Source: a virus
Taxonomy: Duplodnaviria; Caudoviricetes
Direction: 5' to 3' (one strand)
IMG/VR virus record: IMGVR_UViG_3300031555_003590
Span: 1-64,000 of that record
Length of the DNA stretch: 64,000 nt
Of this stretch, positions 27,901 through 38,300 are shown piece after piece. The translations under genes and the position numbers were made by a program. The stretch's first letter is position 1. Every line of letters begins with the position of its first letter. Under the pieces are notes generated by a model. That model was given only the letters and a program-made list of their open reading frames with translations. It was not told the DNA's origin and ran no database searches.

Positions 27901-29097
27901 TCTACGAGCTTTAGCATTCATCTTAACAATACCAACTAACTCTTTTAATTGACCAGGATTCTTTTCAAAATAAGTTGTTAAATAATCACTAACTAATCCA
28001 ACTATAATTCTACGAACATCACTATTGACAACTTTATGTTTAGTTTGTCCAGTATATAATCTTTCATAATTAGTACGTAAAGCTACTGCAACTGATAAAC
28101 CTTGTCTAACATCATCCCATTTAATATCTAATGAATTCTTTTCTTTTTCAGATAATGTGTTTTTTGTTGCTTGTTGAAAGAATCTACAGATAGCTTCAAT
28201 AGTACCATCTAAATGATCGCCATTATCAACAGTATTATTTGAGTTGCTAAAACTATCAATATATGGAGTTAGTAAACTAGTAAATACAAATGCAACATCC
28301 AATGCCATAAAACGTTTTACATTTTCACCATCTAACTCTTCAATTATATTATCATCTTCTACAGTAAATCCAATTTTACTACTAATAAAATTTTCTTTAT
28401 TATTTCTTAATAAAATTTCATCAAATGGTTTGATATTATATTTTTCTGTAATTACTTGACCTTTCTTATTAGTATAAACAGAATCAATTGAAATCTTTTT
28501 CTTATTAAGAAATTGAAGATTCAATAATTCATTATGAATATCTTCCCAAACAATTTTTGTTTGTTTACCCATAACTTTAGAAGGTTTATATCTGATACTC
28601 ATACCATGTTTATCTGGAGAACATTTACCTTGATTCTCAGATACTTTAACACCTTCTTCAAATACTAAAGTCTTAAAAATATTTTCAGTACCGCCACGAT
28701 ATGAAGTAATTTCAACTCTTTCTGCTAGACCGCAAATGGCTAAGGTACCAGTACCATTTTGCCCAAGAGTTTCTGCTTTTAAACTAGCTTTATTAGATGT
28801 ATTAATATTAGAACCCATATTAAGGCTAGTATAAATTTGCTCTAAAATATTTGTAGGAATTCCCCTACCATTATCAATTATAGTAATAAACCCATCTCGT
28901 TCATCAAATTCAATATGAATTTTGTTACCAGGAGAACGAGGTGTTCTACACTCATCCAATGCATTATTTAAAATTTCATCTACTACAGATTTTGCACCAG
29001 CTTCATTAGAATAACTAATATATTGCCTATGTCTTACACGTATTTTTGAAATATCTGACTCTAGGTGAGTAAATACATCATCTTGGTATTTTGCCAT
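24984..29097 (-). CDS. gyrB: DNA gyrase/topoisomerase II subunit B; exons 29097..27538, 27225..26502 and 25183..24984 (827 aa spliced)
   Basis: E..NNALDE, DNGRGIP, GQTK, IIEGDSA; splicing restores DAD^VDG (TOPRIM) and RFKGL^GE. Confidence 0.93.
25184..26501 (-). mobile_element. Group I intron 2 of gyrB (1318 nt) carrying an HNH endonuclease
   Basis: P1 AAGGCT/GGCCTT with U.G; P AATTGCTGGAA, Q AATCAGCAG, R TTCAACGACTA, S AAGATATAGTCT; terminal G at 25184. Confidence 0.92.
25417..26295 (-). CDS. Intron-encoded HNH homing endonuclease (NUMOD4-like + HNH + HTH repeats)
   Basis: [43 protein letters not shown]...N..H. Confidence 0.92.
   Translation of the reverse strand: [292 protein letters not shown]
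27226..27537 (-). mobile_element. Group I intron 1 of gyrB (312 nt, no ORF)
   Basis: P1 GCGGAT/GTCCGC with U.G; P10 TCAAT/GTTGA; P AATTGCTGGGAA, Q AATCAGCAG, R TTCAACGACTA, S ATGATATAGTCT; terminal G at 27226. Confidence 0.93.
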
Positions 29098-29245
29098 ATA
29101 ATTAAATGCTCCTTTCTTTGATAGGAAATTATAAAATTTAATCCTATACTAATGTCATTATTAGAATATATAATTTAAATTCTTAATATTTAGAATGTTA
29201 TTGAATATAAAAATAATAATTTAAAAATAATAGTTTATTATTAAT

Positions 29246-29285
29246 AAATAAAAGAGGGGGGATACGTATCCCCCCTCTTTTATTT
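29246..29285. terminator. Perfect 40-bp palindrome / terminator
   Basis: AAATAAAAGAGGGGGGATAC|GTATCCCCCCTCTTTTATTT. Confidence 0.8.
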
Positions 29286-29293
29286 GTATTTTA

Positions 29294-29485
29294 TCAAGGT
29301 ATCTCTTTACATGATATAACACGTGTATGAAAGAATCCTCTAGATTTTAATTCATTTTCTGCTTTTTTAATAGCCAATTCAGCTTTAGTAGCTTTAACAA
29401 GAACGCTTTCTTCACGATTTGCACACATATTAACTTCACATATTACATTCCATGATTTCTTTTTAATTAATTTCATATCTTTCAT
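29294..29485 (-). CDS. Small hypothetical protein
   Basis: ORF with GAGG RBS just after the polymerase stop. Confidence 0.6.
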   Translation of the reverse strand: MKDMKLIKKKSWNVICEVNMCANREESVLVKATKAELAIKKAENELKSRGFFHTRVISCKEIP

Positions 29486-29489
29486 TCCT

Positions 29490-31340
29490 CTAATAATTCA
29501 TTTCCTTTTCTACCATTTGTAGTAGAGTATTTATATTTGGTAATCCAAAATAATTATATCCCATGGTAAGTATGTTATTACTAACATAGGTATTTACTGC
29601 TTCACCAGTGATATCCAAACTTCTAATATTGCCATTTTTATCTTTCTCTTTATATTGAGTATTAAGAGATTTATTAGACATTTCACCACTAATGAATTCT
29701 TCATTATTAAATGATGCTTTGTACAATAGAGTTCCTGGATCCATGTTAGAGGCAATCTTAATACTGGGATAAAATGCACCCATGTCGAAATCCATAGAAT
29801 TCTGAAATACATTATTACTTCTAGTGCCATTAACAATCATACCTACATGAGCGTTCCATTTAGGTTCAGCATTAATAGCACCTTTATATGAAGATTTCTC
29901 TTCATCTTCGTCTTCATCGCTGCCATAGAACTCTCTATCTTCATCTGATAATCCATCATCAATAATATTTATATTATTAGCTTGAACCCATCCTTCTTTA
30001 TTAAAATACATTTCACGTACGTTCCTGAGTAGATGAGTTTCTTTAAAGATTTTATTATATGGAGTAAGATTCTGATGAGATCTCATATAATATGTCATGA
30101 CATCTTTACATTTTCTTTCAATACCCATTGCTAGTAAAGTATCTTTTATATTATATATAATAAAGAGTAGCCAATCATAAAATGGAAATAATACTATATT
30201 AGCTTGATCAGGATATTCAACTTTTTTATCTTTTAATTCTCTATCTGCAATAGCATTTAATTTTACTGATTTTAGTTTGTGTTGTGACTTCCTAATACTC
30301 GCATATAAGCGCATAGAACATATATACATCGTATATGAAGAGCAGAAGAAATAATCATATTGTTTTTCTAACATATAAGTTGATTTATCAACTTTGAATG
30401 AACATCTTCTATCTTCTTCTTTAAAATCAGGATGACACATAATACTTTTAGGATCATAACCTAATGCAATAATTCTATATAATAAATATTGAACGTCGAA
30501 ACGCATATTCCAACATAAACAGAAATTAGGTTTTCTAAGATTAATTAATCTAAATGCATCTGCTATAAGATCAATTTCTCTTTCATATTCTCTGATATTA
30601 TAGTTAATATATCCATAAGTGTTATCGAATTCATTATGAATTCTTTGAATAAATTTTTCTTTATTATTGAATAAATCTTGATGAGCTTTCATTTGTTTTT
30701 CATATAAAGAATATCTTTTTTTATATTCTTCTTCTGATCTACCATTTCTAGATGGAACATATGGTCTCAATGCAAAAGTCCATGCTTCTTTAGTTTCTTC
30801 TAATATAATAGTAATCAAATTAACTGGAGAATATGCTGTATGTGCAATATCATCTAAATTAGTTTGATAATCAATTAAATCAGTTTCGATATCCATAAAT
30901 GCTACAGATAGTTTTGGACGTTTTAATTCATACTTTTGATACCAATTATCCATATAATAAAATTCTGGTTGGAAATCGCATCTATATGCATATGGCCATT
31001 TATATAATTGATTTAATATTCTTGAGTCTCGTTCATCTCTTGCTCTGTTTGCAATTTGAGTACCAAATGATCCAGATTCTTTTTGAATTACCTTTCTGAT
31101 ATCTCTAATGCGAACTGTTAATTTATCCATTCTTTCCATTCGTTCCTGAGGTTTATTATAAGTATAATCACGAAACTCAGGTTTTACAATATAGATATCA
31201 GCATTTGCAGGTTCATCAGTTTTACGTACTTCTCCATCTTCAGTCTTATAAATTACTTCGAATTTATCATTATAATCATTATCTTTATTTGGACGAATAT
31301 ACGTAACATTCAAAAGTGTAGGATTATTACCTTTAATCAT
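29490..31340 (-). CDS. Family B DNA polymerase, N-terminal subunit of a split enzyme (3'-5' exonuclease + motif A)
   Basis: ExoI DIETD, ExoII WNMRFD, ExoIII YNIKD, YKGA, motif A DFDMGAFYPS; no motif B/C (KxxxNSxYG, DTD). Confidence 0.88.
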   Translation of the reverse strand: MIKGNNPTLLNVTYIRPNKDNDYNDKFEVIYKTEDGEVRKTDEPANADIYIVKPEFRDYTYNKPQERMERMDKLTVRIRDIRKVIQKESGSFGTQIANRARDERDSRILNQLYKWPYAYRCDFQPEFYYMDNWYQKYELKRPKLSVAFMDIETDLIDYQTNLDDIAHTAYSPVNLITIILEETKEAWTFALRPYVPSRNGRSEEEYKKRYSLYEKQMKAHQDLFNNKEKFIQRIHNEFDNTYGYINYNIREYEREIDLIADAFRLINLRKPNFCLCWNMRFDVQYLLYRIIALGYDPKSIMCHPDFKEEDRRCSFKVDKSTYMLEKQYDYFFCSSYTMYICSMRLYASIRKSQHKLKSVKLNAIADRELKDKKVEYPDQANIVLFPFYDWLLFIIYNIKDTLLAMGIERKCKDVMTYYMRSHQNLTPYNKIFKETHLLRNVREMYFNKEGWVQANNINIIDDGLSDEDREFYGSDEDEDEEKSSYKGAINAEPKWNAHVGMIVNGTRSNNVFQNSMDFDMGAFYPSIKIASNMDPGTLLYKASFNNEEFISGEMSNKSLNTQYKEKDKNGNIRSLDITGEAVNTYVSNNILTMGYNYFGLPNINTLLQMVEKEMNY

Positions 31341-31431
31341 ATTTAAACCACCTCCAATAAAAATAAGTTTGGCAGTGATTTGGATTTAACCAAATCACCA
31401 CCATATACTTATTTTATTTTAATCTGACAAT

Positions 31432-31725
31432 TTAAATATGCCAGTGTTTATTTTTATTCTTCTTTTTCTTTTTCTTCTTTTTATCTTTTGTACTTAGATA
31501 GAAAGAATAGCTGGTAGGAACTTCATCTTTCTTCTTTTTCTTTTTATCTTTCTTTTTCTTCTTTGGTTTAGTATAATCCTTCACTACATCATAGATAGCA
31601 CGAGGAGTACCATTCTTTTTAGTACCAAGAACATACTTCTGAAGTCCTTCAGGACTAACTAACGTAGTTAAATTATCAACCAATACACTATTATTCTTTT
31701 CAGTTGTTTTAATTTCATCAGCCAT
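31432..31725 (-). CDS. Small poly-lysine protein
   Basis: Likely start MADEIK after AGGAGG; two runs such as KPKKKKKDKKKKKK. Confidence 0.7.
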   Translation of the reverse strand: MADEIKTTEKNNSVLVDNLTTLVSPEGLQKYVLGTKKNGTPRAIYDVVKDYTKPKKKKKDKKKKKKDEVPTSYSFYLSTKDKKKKKKKKNKNKHWHI

Positions 31726-31747
31726 TATTATATCCTCCTTATATAAA

Positions 31748-32725
31748 TTATCTATTAGGGTCACTCCAACGATCAGAAGTTCTATTAAATAAACGACTAG
31801 TGAACTCTAATGTTTTTTCTACTTTATCATTACTATGTTTAGACTTCTGAGCTTTATTATGAGCTTTTTCAAGTTCTTTAAGATCACTCTTGGATATAGA
31901 ATACATTTTCATCCAACGCTTTAAAACATCATGACGAAATTCTTTCTTCCACTCTGAATTACCAGGAATAAATTCTCTAAGAAATTCTTTAATAATTTTT
32001 TCATCACGTTTTCTAGCTTTCTTATTATTACAAATAAGAACTCCATGTCTGTTATAAGCTCTTTTAGCATTCTTGGATTCTTTTAAAATTTTAGATTGAG
32101 AGTAACCTTTACCTAGTTTACTTTTATATCCAATGACATCATCATCTTCTTTATCATCATCTTCATCAACATCATCAAAATTAATTCCAAAACTTTTAAA
32201 GAAATCATTTACTGGATTATCACTACCAGTATATTCAACTTCATCAATATCGTCATAATCATCATCTTCAATATCTTTATAATTATTAATGATAGTTTCA
32301 ACTAATTTACACATAGATTCTGTTTTATGATATCTAAATACACCATTTGGATCACGACTAATATTAAAGAATTTACTTTCAAGAGTTAATAGATTATTTA
32401 CAACCGGTAAATCAATTTTATTATAAATTTCATCATATTCATTTACTTCATAAAGATATTCAATACAAATATCAATCATAGTATTAGGAACATTTTTCAT
32501 GAATAATTTAATAATATTATTACCAAGAATATCAATATCAATATTTTTAATATCATCACTGAGATATAGAATACTATATCCATCAGGAATCTTATTAACT
32601 TTAATATCAGTCATTGTAGAAAATACTTTTCCATCTACTGAAGGTTCGTATCCTTCAACACTATTAAGTAGTACATCAGATGGAATAACATAGATTTTGA
32701 GATTGCTTTGATTCATTTTTTCCAT
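31748..32725 (-). CDS. Hypothetical protein with acidic middle and basic C-terminus
   Basis: ORF with RBS. Confidence 0.7.
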   Translation of the reverse strand: MEKMNQSNLKIYVIPSDVLLNSVEGYEPSVDGKVFSTMTDIKVNKIPDGYSILYLSDDIKNIDIDILGNNIIKLFMKNVPNTMIDICIEYLYEVNEYDEIYNKIDLPVVNNLLTLESKFFNISRDPNGVFRYHKTESMCKLVETIINNYKDIEDDDYDDIDEVEYTGSDNPVNDFFKSFGINFDDVDEDDDKEDDDVIGYKSKLGKGYSQSKILKESKNAKRAYNRHGVLICNNKKARKRDEKIIKEFLREFIPGNSEWKKEFRHDVLKRWMKMYSISKSDLKELEKAHNKAQKSKHSNDKVEKTLEFTSRLFNRTSDRWSDPNR

Positions 32726-32800
32726 TTTTAAATATACCTCCTTATTACATTATCTCACCTTTAGAATATACCATTATTATATCTTCTATTTTCATAGATA

Positions 32801-33040
32801 TTAAAATATAGATTCTTCATCTAAATCATCTCTAAATATAGATTTATCTCCTTTTCTTAATTTTTTAATAAGTTTTTTAGTACGCATAATACCTTCTTGT
32901 ATTTGTTTACCATATTCATCAATAAGGTCGTCTGGAATAATCATAACATCTTCTAAATTATTTAAATACTCTTCAATATGATCTGCAAGCTTTTTCATAT
33001 CTTCTTTAGTTGCAGTATTAGGATCAAATGCATCAAACAT
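32801..33040 (-). CDS. Hypothetical protein
   Basis: GGAGG RBS. Confidence 0.7.
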   Translation of the reverse strand: MFDAFDPNTATKEDMKKLADHIEEYLNNLEDVMIIPDDLIDEYGKQIQEGIMRTKKLIKKLRKGDKSIFRDDLDEESIF

Positions 33041-33130
33041 TTATAAATTTCACCTCCAATAAAAATCTCATATTACATTGATATATTTATAATATATCAT
33101 TTAAAATAAATTGAATGGAGGATAATTATT

Positions 33131-34414
33131 ATGCAACTTACCAATATTAAAGAATCTGGCACAAATAATATTTTAATGTGGGCTATTGCAAATGGTGCTG
33201 ATATTAAAAATGATCCAGCACTTCAATCAATTATTAGAGATGAACTTTCTTACATTGTAACAATTAGTGATATTAACTTTTTTGAATTATTTAGATTAAC
33301 TCAATTGTATCGTGATAGACTTCGTATTATTGATGAAAAGCAAGCTGAAATGCCTACTAGAAGTGAATTGCATAAATTGTTTAATGGAGTATATAAAGTT
33401 GATTTAGAAGATAGAAGTAAAGATATTCAATTAAGTGAATTAGTAGAATATTGTGGTGATATGTTTATTAATCTTGCAATGCAAATGAATGTTGATGATG
33501 ATATTATAAGTCCTAGTACAGTAAGAATGTTTTTACCAATGATTAGTCGTAAATTTACTATTCAAATTCCAGTTGAATTTACTGATATTCTAAATTCTAT
33601 GTCTGAAGACGAATCCAATCAAATTTATAATAATGATTATCCTAATACATTAAATACTATTATTGAGTCTGATACTCATGGAGTAAAAACTGCATTACAG
33701 CTTGCAATTATAAGAGCTACTTCTATTATTAAGTATAACAAGCAGTACGATAAGTATGTTAAAATTATTAAATATAATCCTTTGAAGACTTGTATTAATA
33801 ATAAATTATATAAATTTAGTTTATTAGGATTCTATAAAAGAGATAATGTTTCTAGAGGAGAAATTAGAATTGATTTATTTAATCCTAATAGAGAAAATAT
33901 GACCAATGCTCTTCACTATATGTCTAAAATAAATTCTCCATTAAAACTTGAATTTGCTATTCAACTTCCAATTCAATATATGCAGATGTTGGAAAATTCT
34001 TTTAGTGATGATTTATTAACAATTGCATATGAATCATCAATGTCTAATATCATTGATAGTGGTTTAATATTTGATGATTTTATTACTTCTGATTATGATG
34101 AAGAAAGTGAAGATGAAACTGAAAGAACTAAGGCCATTGAACATAATAATGAGATTAGTGCATATAAAGTTCGTATTACAGAAGCTAATCAAAGGACATT
34201 AAATGCAATGCCAATTCTTTTAAGTTCTGAAGGTGATGTTGATGTTACTAGTGTATTTTCAATGCTACCTTCTATTTATACTACTAGAGCAGTTATTAGA
34301 ATTGATATGAATAATAAACCTCTTACTCATTACGATCCAATCATTGATGAAATGTTTAAAGAAATTTATAAAGTTTCATATTCAATTATTGAAGATATTA
34401 ATAAAGCTAAATAA
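33131..34414 (+). CDS. Hypothetical protein
   Basis: 427-aa ORF, GGAGG RBS, downstream terminator. Confidence 0.75.
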   Translation: MQLTNIKESGTNNILMWAIANGADIKNDPALQSIIRDELSYIVTISDINFFELFRLTQLYRDRLRIIDEKQAEMPTRSELHKLFNGVYKVDLEDRSKDIQLSELVEYCGDMFINLAMQMNVDDDIISPSTVRMFLPMISRKFTIQIPVEFTDILNSMSEDESNQIYNNDYPNTLNTIIESDTHGVKTALQLAIIRATSIIKYNKQYDKYVKIIKYNPLKTCINNKLYKFSLLGFYKRDNVSRGEIRIDLFNPNRENMTNALHYMSKINSPLKLEFAIQLPIQYMQMLENSFSDDLLTIAYESSMSNIIDSGLIFDDFITSDYDEESEDETERTKAIEHNNEISAYKVRITEANQRTLNAMPILLSSEGDVDVTSVFSMLPSIYTTRAVIRIDMNNKPLTHYDPIIDEMFKEIYKVSYSIIEDINKAK

Positions 34415-34492
34415 AAAGAAAAGATAATAGATGTACAGATAATCCTCAGAAATGAGGATCTGTACATCTATTATTCTTATTTCCGTTCATTG

Positions 34493-35146
34493 TTAGCGTG
34501 AGGCAGCAATTGGACGAGTATTCAATGCAACTAATGCAGGAACAATAATAGCTGCCATATTCAATAAGAATTCACCATTTTCTTTAAAATACTTTTTAAC
34601 TTTCTTAAAGATATTTCTAGCTACACGTTTAACTCTTCCAACAAATCTGTTGAATCTTGTTCCTTTATCTAATTCATGAACTTTAATACCAGAATGCATT
34701 TCAAGCATTTGAAGTTCAGCATCAATATCCTTAAGTTTTATATTAATAACCGCAATCTTCTTTGCATCTTTCTTTTTACGAATATCAAGTTCACCAAGCT
34801 TTGCTCTAAGCATATCTCTACGAGCAAGTAATTGAATCATCTCAATATGATCTTGTTTCTTATCTTTAGCTCTTTTAATTGTTTGCTTGGTTTTTTGTTT
34901 CCAATACCAATCCTCTGTAATTACAAGAGGTCCGTTATTAGTTCTTGTATCAATATAAGGCATTGGAATTTCTCTAGGTTTAAACCATTTAGGAGGTTTA
35001 GGATATCTTTTTTCCATTTCTAGATCTGCATAATTAAATATCTTTTCTCTTTCTGCAGGAGTAACTTCTAATGGATCTTTTTTTCTAACAACATCAGTTT
35101 GAGAACTATACATTTTGACTGGTATTGTAGCATTCATCTGTATCAT
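34493..35146 (-). CDS. Basic coiled-coil protein with C-terminal hydrophobic segment
   Basis: ORF with AAGGAG RBS; FLLNMAAIIVPALVAL tail. Confidence 0.65.
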   Translation of the reverse strand: MIQMNATIPVKMYSSQTDVVRKKDPLEVTPAEREKIFNYADLEMEKRYPKPPKWFKPREIPMPYIDTRTNNGPLVITEDWYWKQKTKQTIKRAKDKKQDHIEMIQLLARRDMLRAKLGELDIRKKKDAKKIAVINIKLKDIDAELQMLEMHSGIKVHELDKGTRFNRFVGRVKRVARNIFKKVKKYFKENGEFLLNMAAIIVPALVALNTRPIAASR

Positions 35147-35227
35147 CTCCTTTTAGTAAAATATCTAGTATAATCAAAGCAAATATTTTATAATCCTCCA
35201 AATTAATTTGGATTCTTTTGATAATCA

Positions 35228-35287
35228 GGAATAGCACTGCAACTATCCATCTTTATATACTTATTAAAGTAAACACTGCAATTTACT
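35228..35287 (-). promoter_or_regulatory. Twin 5'-leader hairpins with an identical 8-nt loop (UUGCAGUG)
   Basis: ATAG-CACTGCAA-CTAT and AGTAAA-CACTGCAA-TTTACT (plus strand). Confidence 0.5.
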
Positions 35288-35302
35288 ATTCATATTATAG
35301 TA

Positions 35303-35320
35303 ATAATATATAATTGAAAA
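35303..35320 (-). promoter_or_regulatory. Early-type promoter TTTTCAATTATATATTAT
   Basis: Identical 18-mer at 47291..47308. Confidence 0.65.
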
Positions 35321-35374
35321 TAATAATATAAAGAGAGGGGCAACATAAAGCCCCTCTCTTTATATTATAAATTA

Positions 35375-38300
35375 TTATGGACGTGCCATTGTAGTTACAG
35401 ATCTAGTATTAGTTTTAGTGGCAGCGCTAAATGCTGAAGTAGAACTTTTAACTTTATTACGTGATCCTAACGAATTAATTGAATCTCTTAAACCTTTATC
35501 AACAAAATCTTTTTGATTAAGTGCAGTAAGTAAATCAGAAGAAGACCCAGTATTTCTAGTGATATATGTTAATTGAACTATAATTTCATTTAATAATCTA
35601 ATTGTAGTTTCAGGATCTATAGTTCTAGGAATATTAACTACTGGAATATTTGCATCACTTGAAGATTGATATACTGGTGGATTATAAGTAGAACTACTTG
35701 TACTAATTTGTTTTTGTTGATAATTATTTTGAGAAGATTGAGTTATTCCTGTTACAGTTGGAGTTTTAGTTGCATAATTAGATTGATGAATTGTACTTGA
35801 ATCAATATCATCTGCTCCACCTATAGCATCATTATTTTCCTTCCATTCACCTTTCATCTTGTCATAATAATACTTAGCATATTTCTGGCGTTCAGAAAGT
35901 TTTACCCATTCAATATTAGGATCAATACCTTCCCAATCTTTTAAGAATACTCTTGCAGCTTTAGAAGTACTTGATTCTGCAGTAGTCCAATTAGACATAA
36001 AATCTCTATAGCCACCATTTGAAGATGGTTGAATTGAATATTGTAATTGTGCTCCCATGTCATACCAATTCATACCAAGCTTATTTGCGAATTTCATTAA
36101 CCTAGTTGCAGCAGGACCAGTAAATTGACCTAAACCGAGACCAGGTCTAGGTATTCCATCATCACCTTTATATGCTTCTTCATTAATACTAAGACCCTTA
36201 CTAGCATAATCAGCAAATAGTTGTTCAGTGAATGATTTAGGATTTTCTAAAGCTTCAGTTTTCTTAGGACCAATTCGATATTTTTCATTATATATAGATT
36301 CGACTGCAGTTGGATCAATACCACTTTCATGAGACCAGTTACCAAGTACTCCAGCTATATTAATATCAGGAATATTATAATTCTTTAAAAATTGATATGT
36401 TTGCTTAGCATTCTCTTCAGCATCATCTGTTGTTTGAATATTAGCAATAGATGCAATTTCAGAATCAGAAAGTTCAACATTAACATCGTTTGATTCTATA
36501 TCATTAGATTCAGAATCACCAAATAAACCTCCAGAAATCCAATTTAATATTTTACTACCAAAGGATTTCAGTGTATTTAGTAATTTTGCAAGAGGAGATT
36601 CACTGTTAATTGTTGAAGTTCCATCTGTTGCATTTCTATTAACATCAGCCGTATGAACTGAATCAGATGTATTAATAAAATTAGATAATGTTGTACCAGC
36701 AGTTACATTAGAAAGAGGATTGATTGGTTTACCATTAGAATCTTCAATTTGATAATGTAAATGTGGTCCGCTAGAATTACCAGTAGATCCCATTTCACCA
36801 ATTTTATCACCAATACGAACTCGTGATCCAACTTTAATTGATGCTGGAATTGAATTGGCTTTAAGATGCATATTTTTAATAGTATATCCATCATCAGTTT
36901 TAATCCATACCATATTACCACCCATCTTAGTACTAGTACCAAGACCAGTATGGCTATCAGGTACACTTGATTCTACTAATGATACTGTACCATTATATCT
37001 TGAGCCAATATCAGCTGAATCTCCATAAGTTTCAGGACGAAGATCTATACCGTTATGGTAATCTTCTTTTGATCCATTACCATCTAAATCTCTCCATCCA
37101 AAATAGCTAGTAATATGTAATGGTTTATTAAGAGGATTTCCTCCAGATTTAATAGTAGATGATTGAGATTGTCCAGTTGATTTATTTTGAGATGCATTAG
37201 AACTATCTCCACCTACTCCTTCAGTGCTACTTGGAGATTCTTCAACAGTTGAGAATGCCTCACCTAATGAATCCCAACCAGATTCAAGTTTATCAATAAA
37301 CCAATTTTTGATTTTATCTATACCTTTTCCAATAAAATTTCCAATTCCATGGAATATTCCAATTGCACTCTGGAATAGTTTATTAATTCCAAATGATGCT
37401 TTCCATATTCCAGATAATGGATCTCCATTTTGAAGTTCAAGTTTGGTATTCCAAATATCCATAACTTTTCCATCATTAGCTAATGTTGAAATTTGTTCAT
37501 TTGCAGAATCTAAACTTTGATAGTTACCTTGAGTTATGGATACCATTTCACTGAAAGCTTTTGAAATTTTATTACCAACCCAATGAACTGCAGTTCTTGG
37601 ATAATTAATAAGTTTTGCAACTGTAAAAATTCCACTCATTATTCCATTAAGAGGATTTCCTTCATTTTCTTGTATAACGACATTACTTAATCCTTCAAAA
37701 TCGCCAGCTTTGGCATTTATACTTAATTCATCAATACCAGCATCAAGTGAATCTTTTGCAGTTTTAATAGTTTCCATTATTTCATTAAATGGACCCTTTA
37801 TCTTATTGCCCAACCAATGAAATGCAGTAGGAACGTAATGAATTATTTTATCAATACTAAATATTGCACTTCCAATTTTTCCAAGTGGATTCTCAGGATC
37901 ATCTTCAAGCACAATAGAACTTAGTGCTCCAAAATCTCCTGTTTTACTAGCAGCATTAAGATTTTCATGATTAGTGCTTAAAGTACTCATAGTATTTTTA
38001 ACTTTATTTACAATACTATTGAATTTATCTTTTATTTTAATACCAACCCAACTTATTGCTGCTGTAGGAACATTTAAATATTTAACAATATTAAATATTG
38101 ATTCAGTAAATCCTCCTACTGGGTTTTCTGGATCATTTTGGAATGTTAAATTTAATACTCCTGAAATATCTCCTCTTCTAGCTGTATCATTAATAGTACT
38201 AGTATTACTACTTAATACATCTATACTATTTTTAACTTTATTAATAGCTCCACCTATAACATTGCCAATTTTATTTCCAATAACTTTAAAAATAGCCTGT

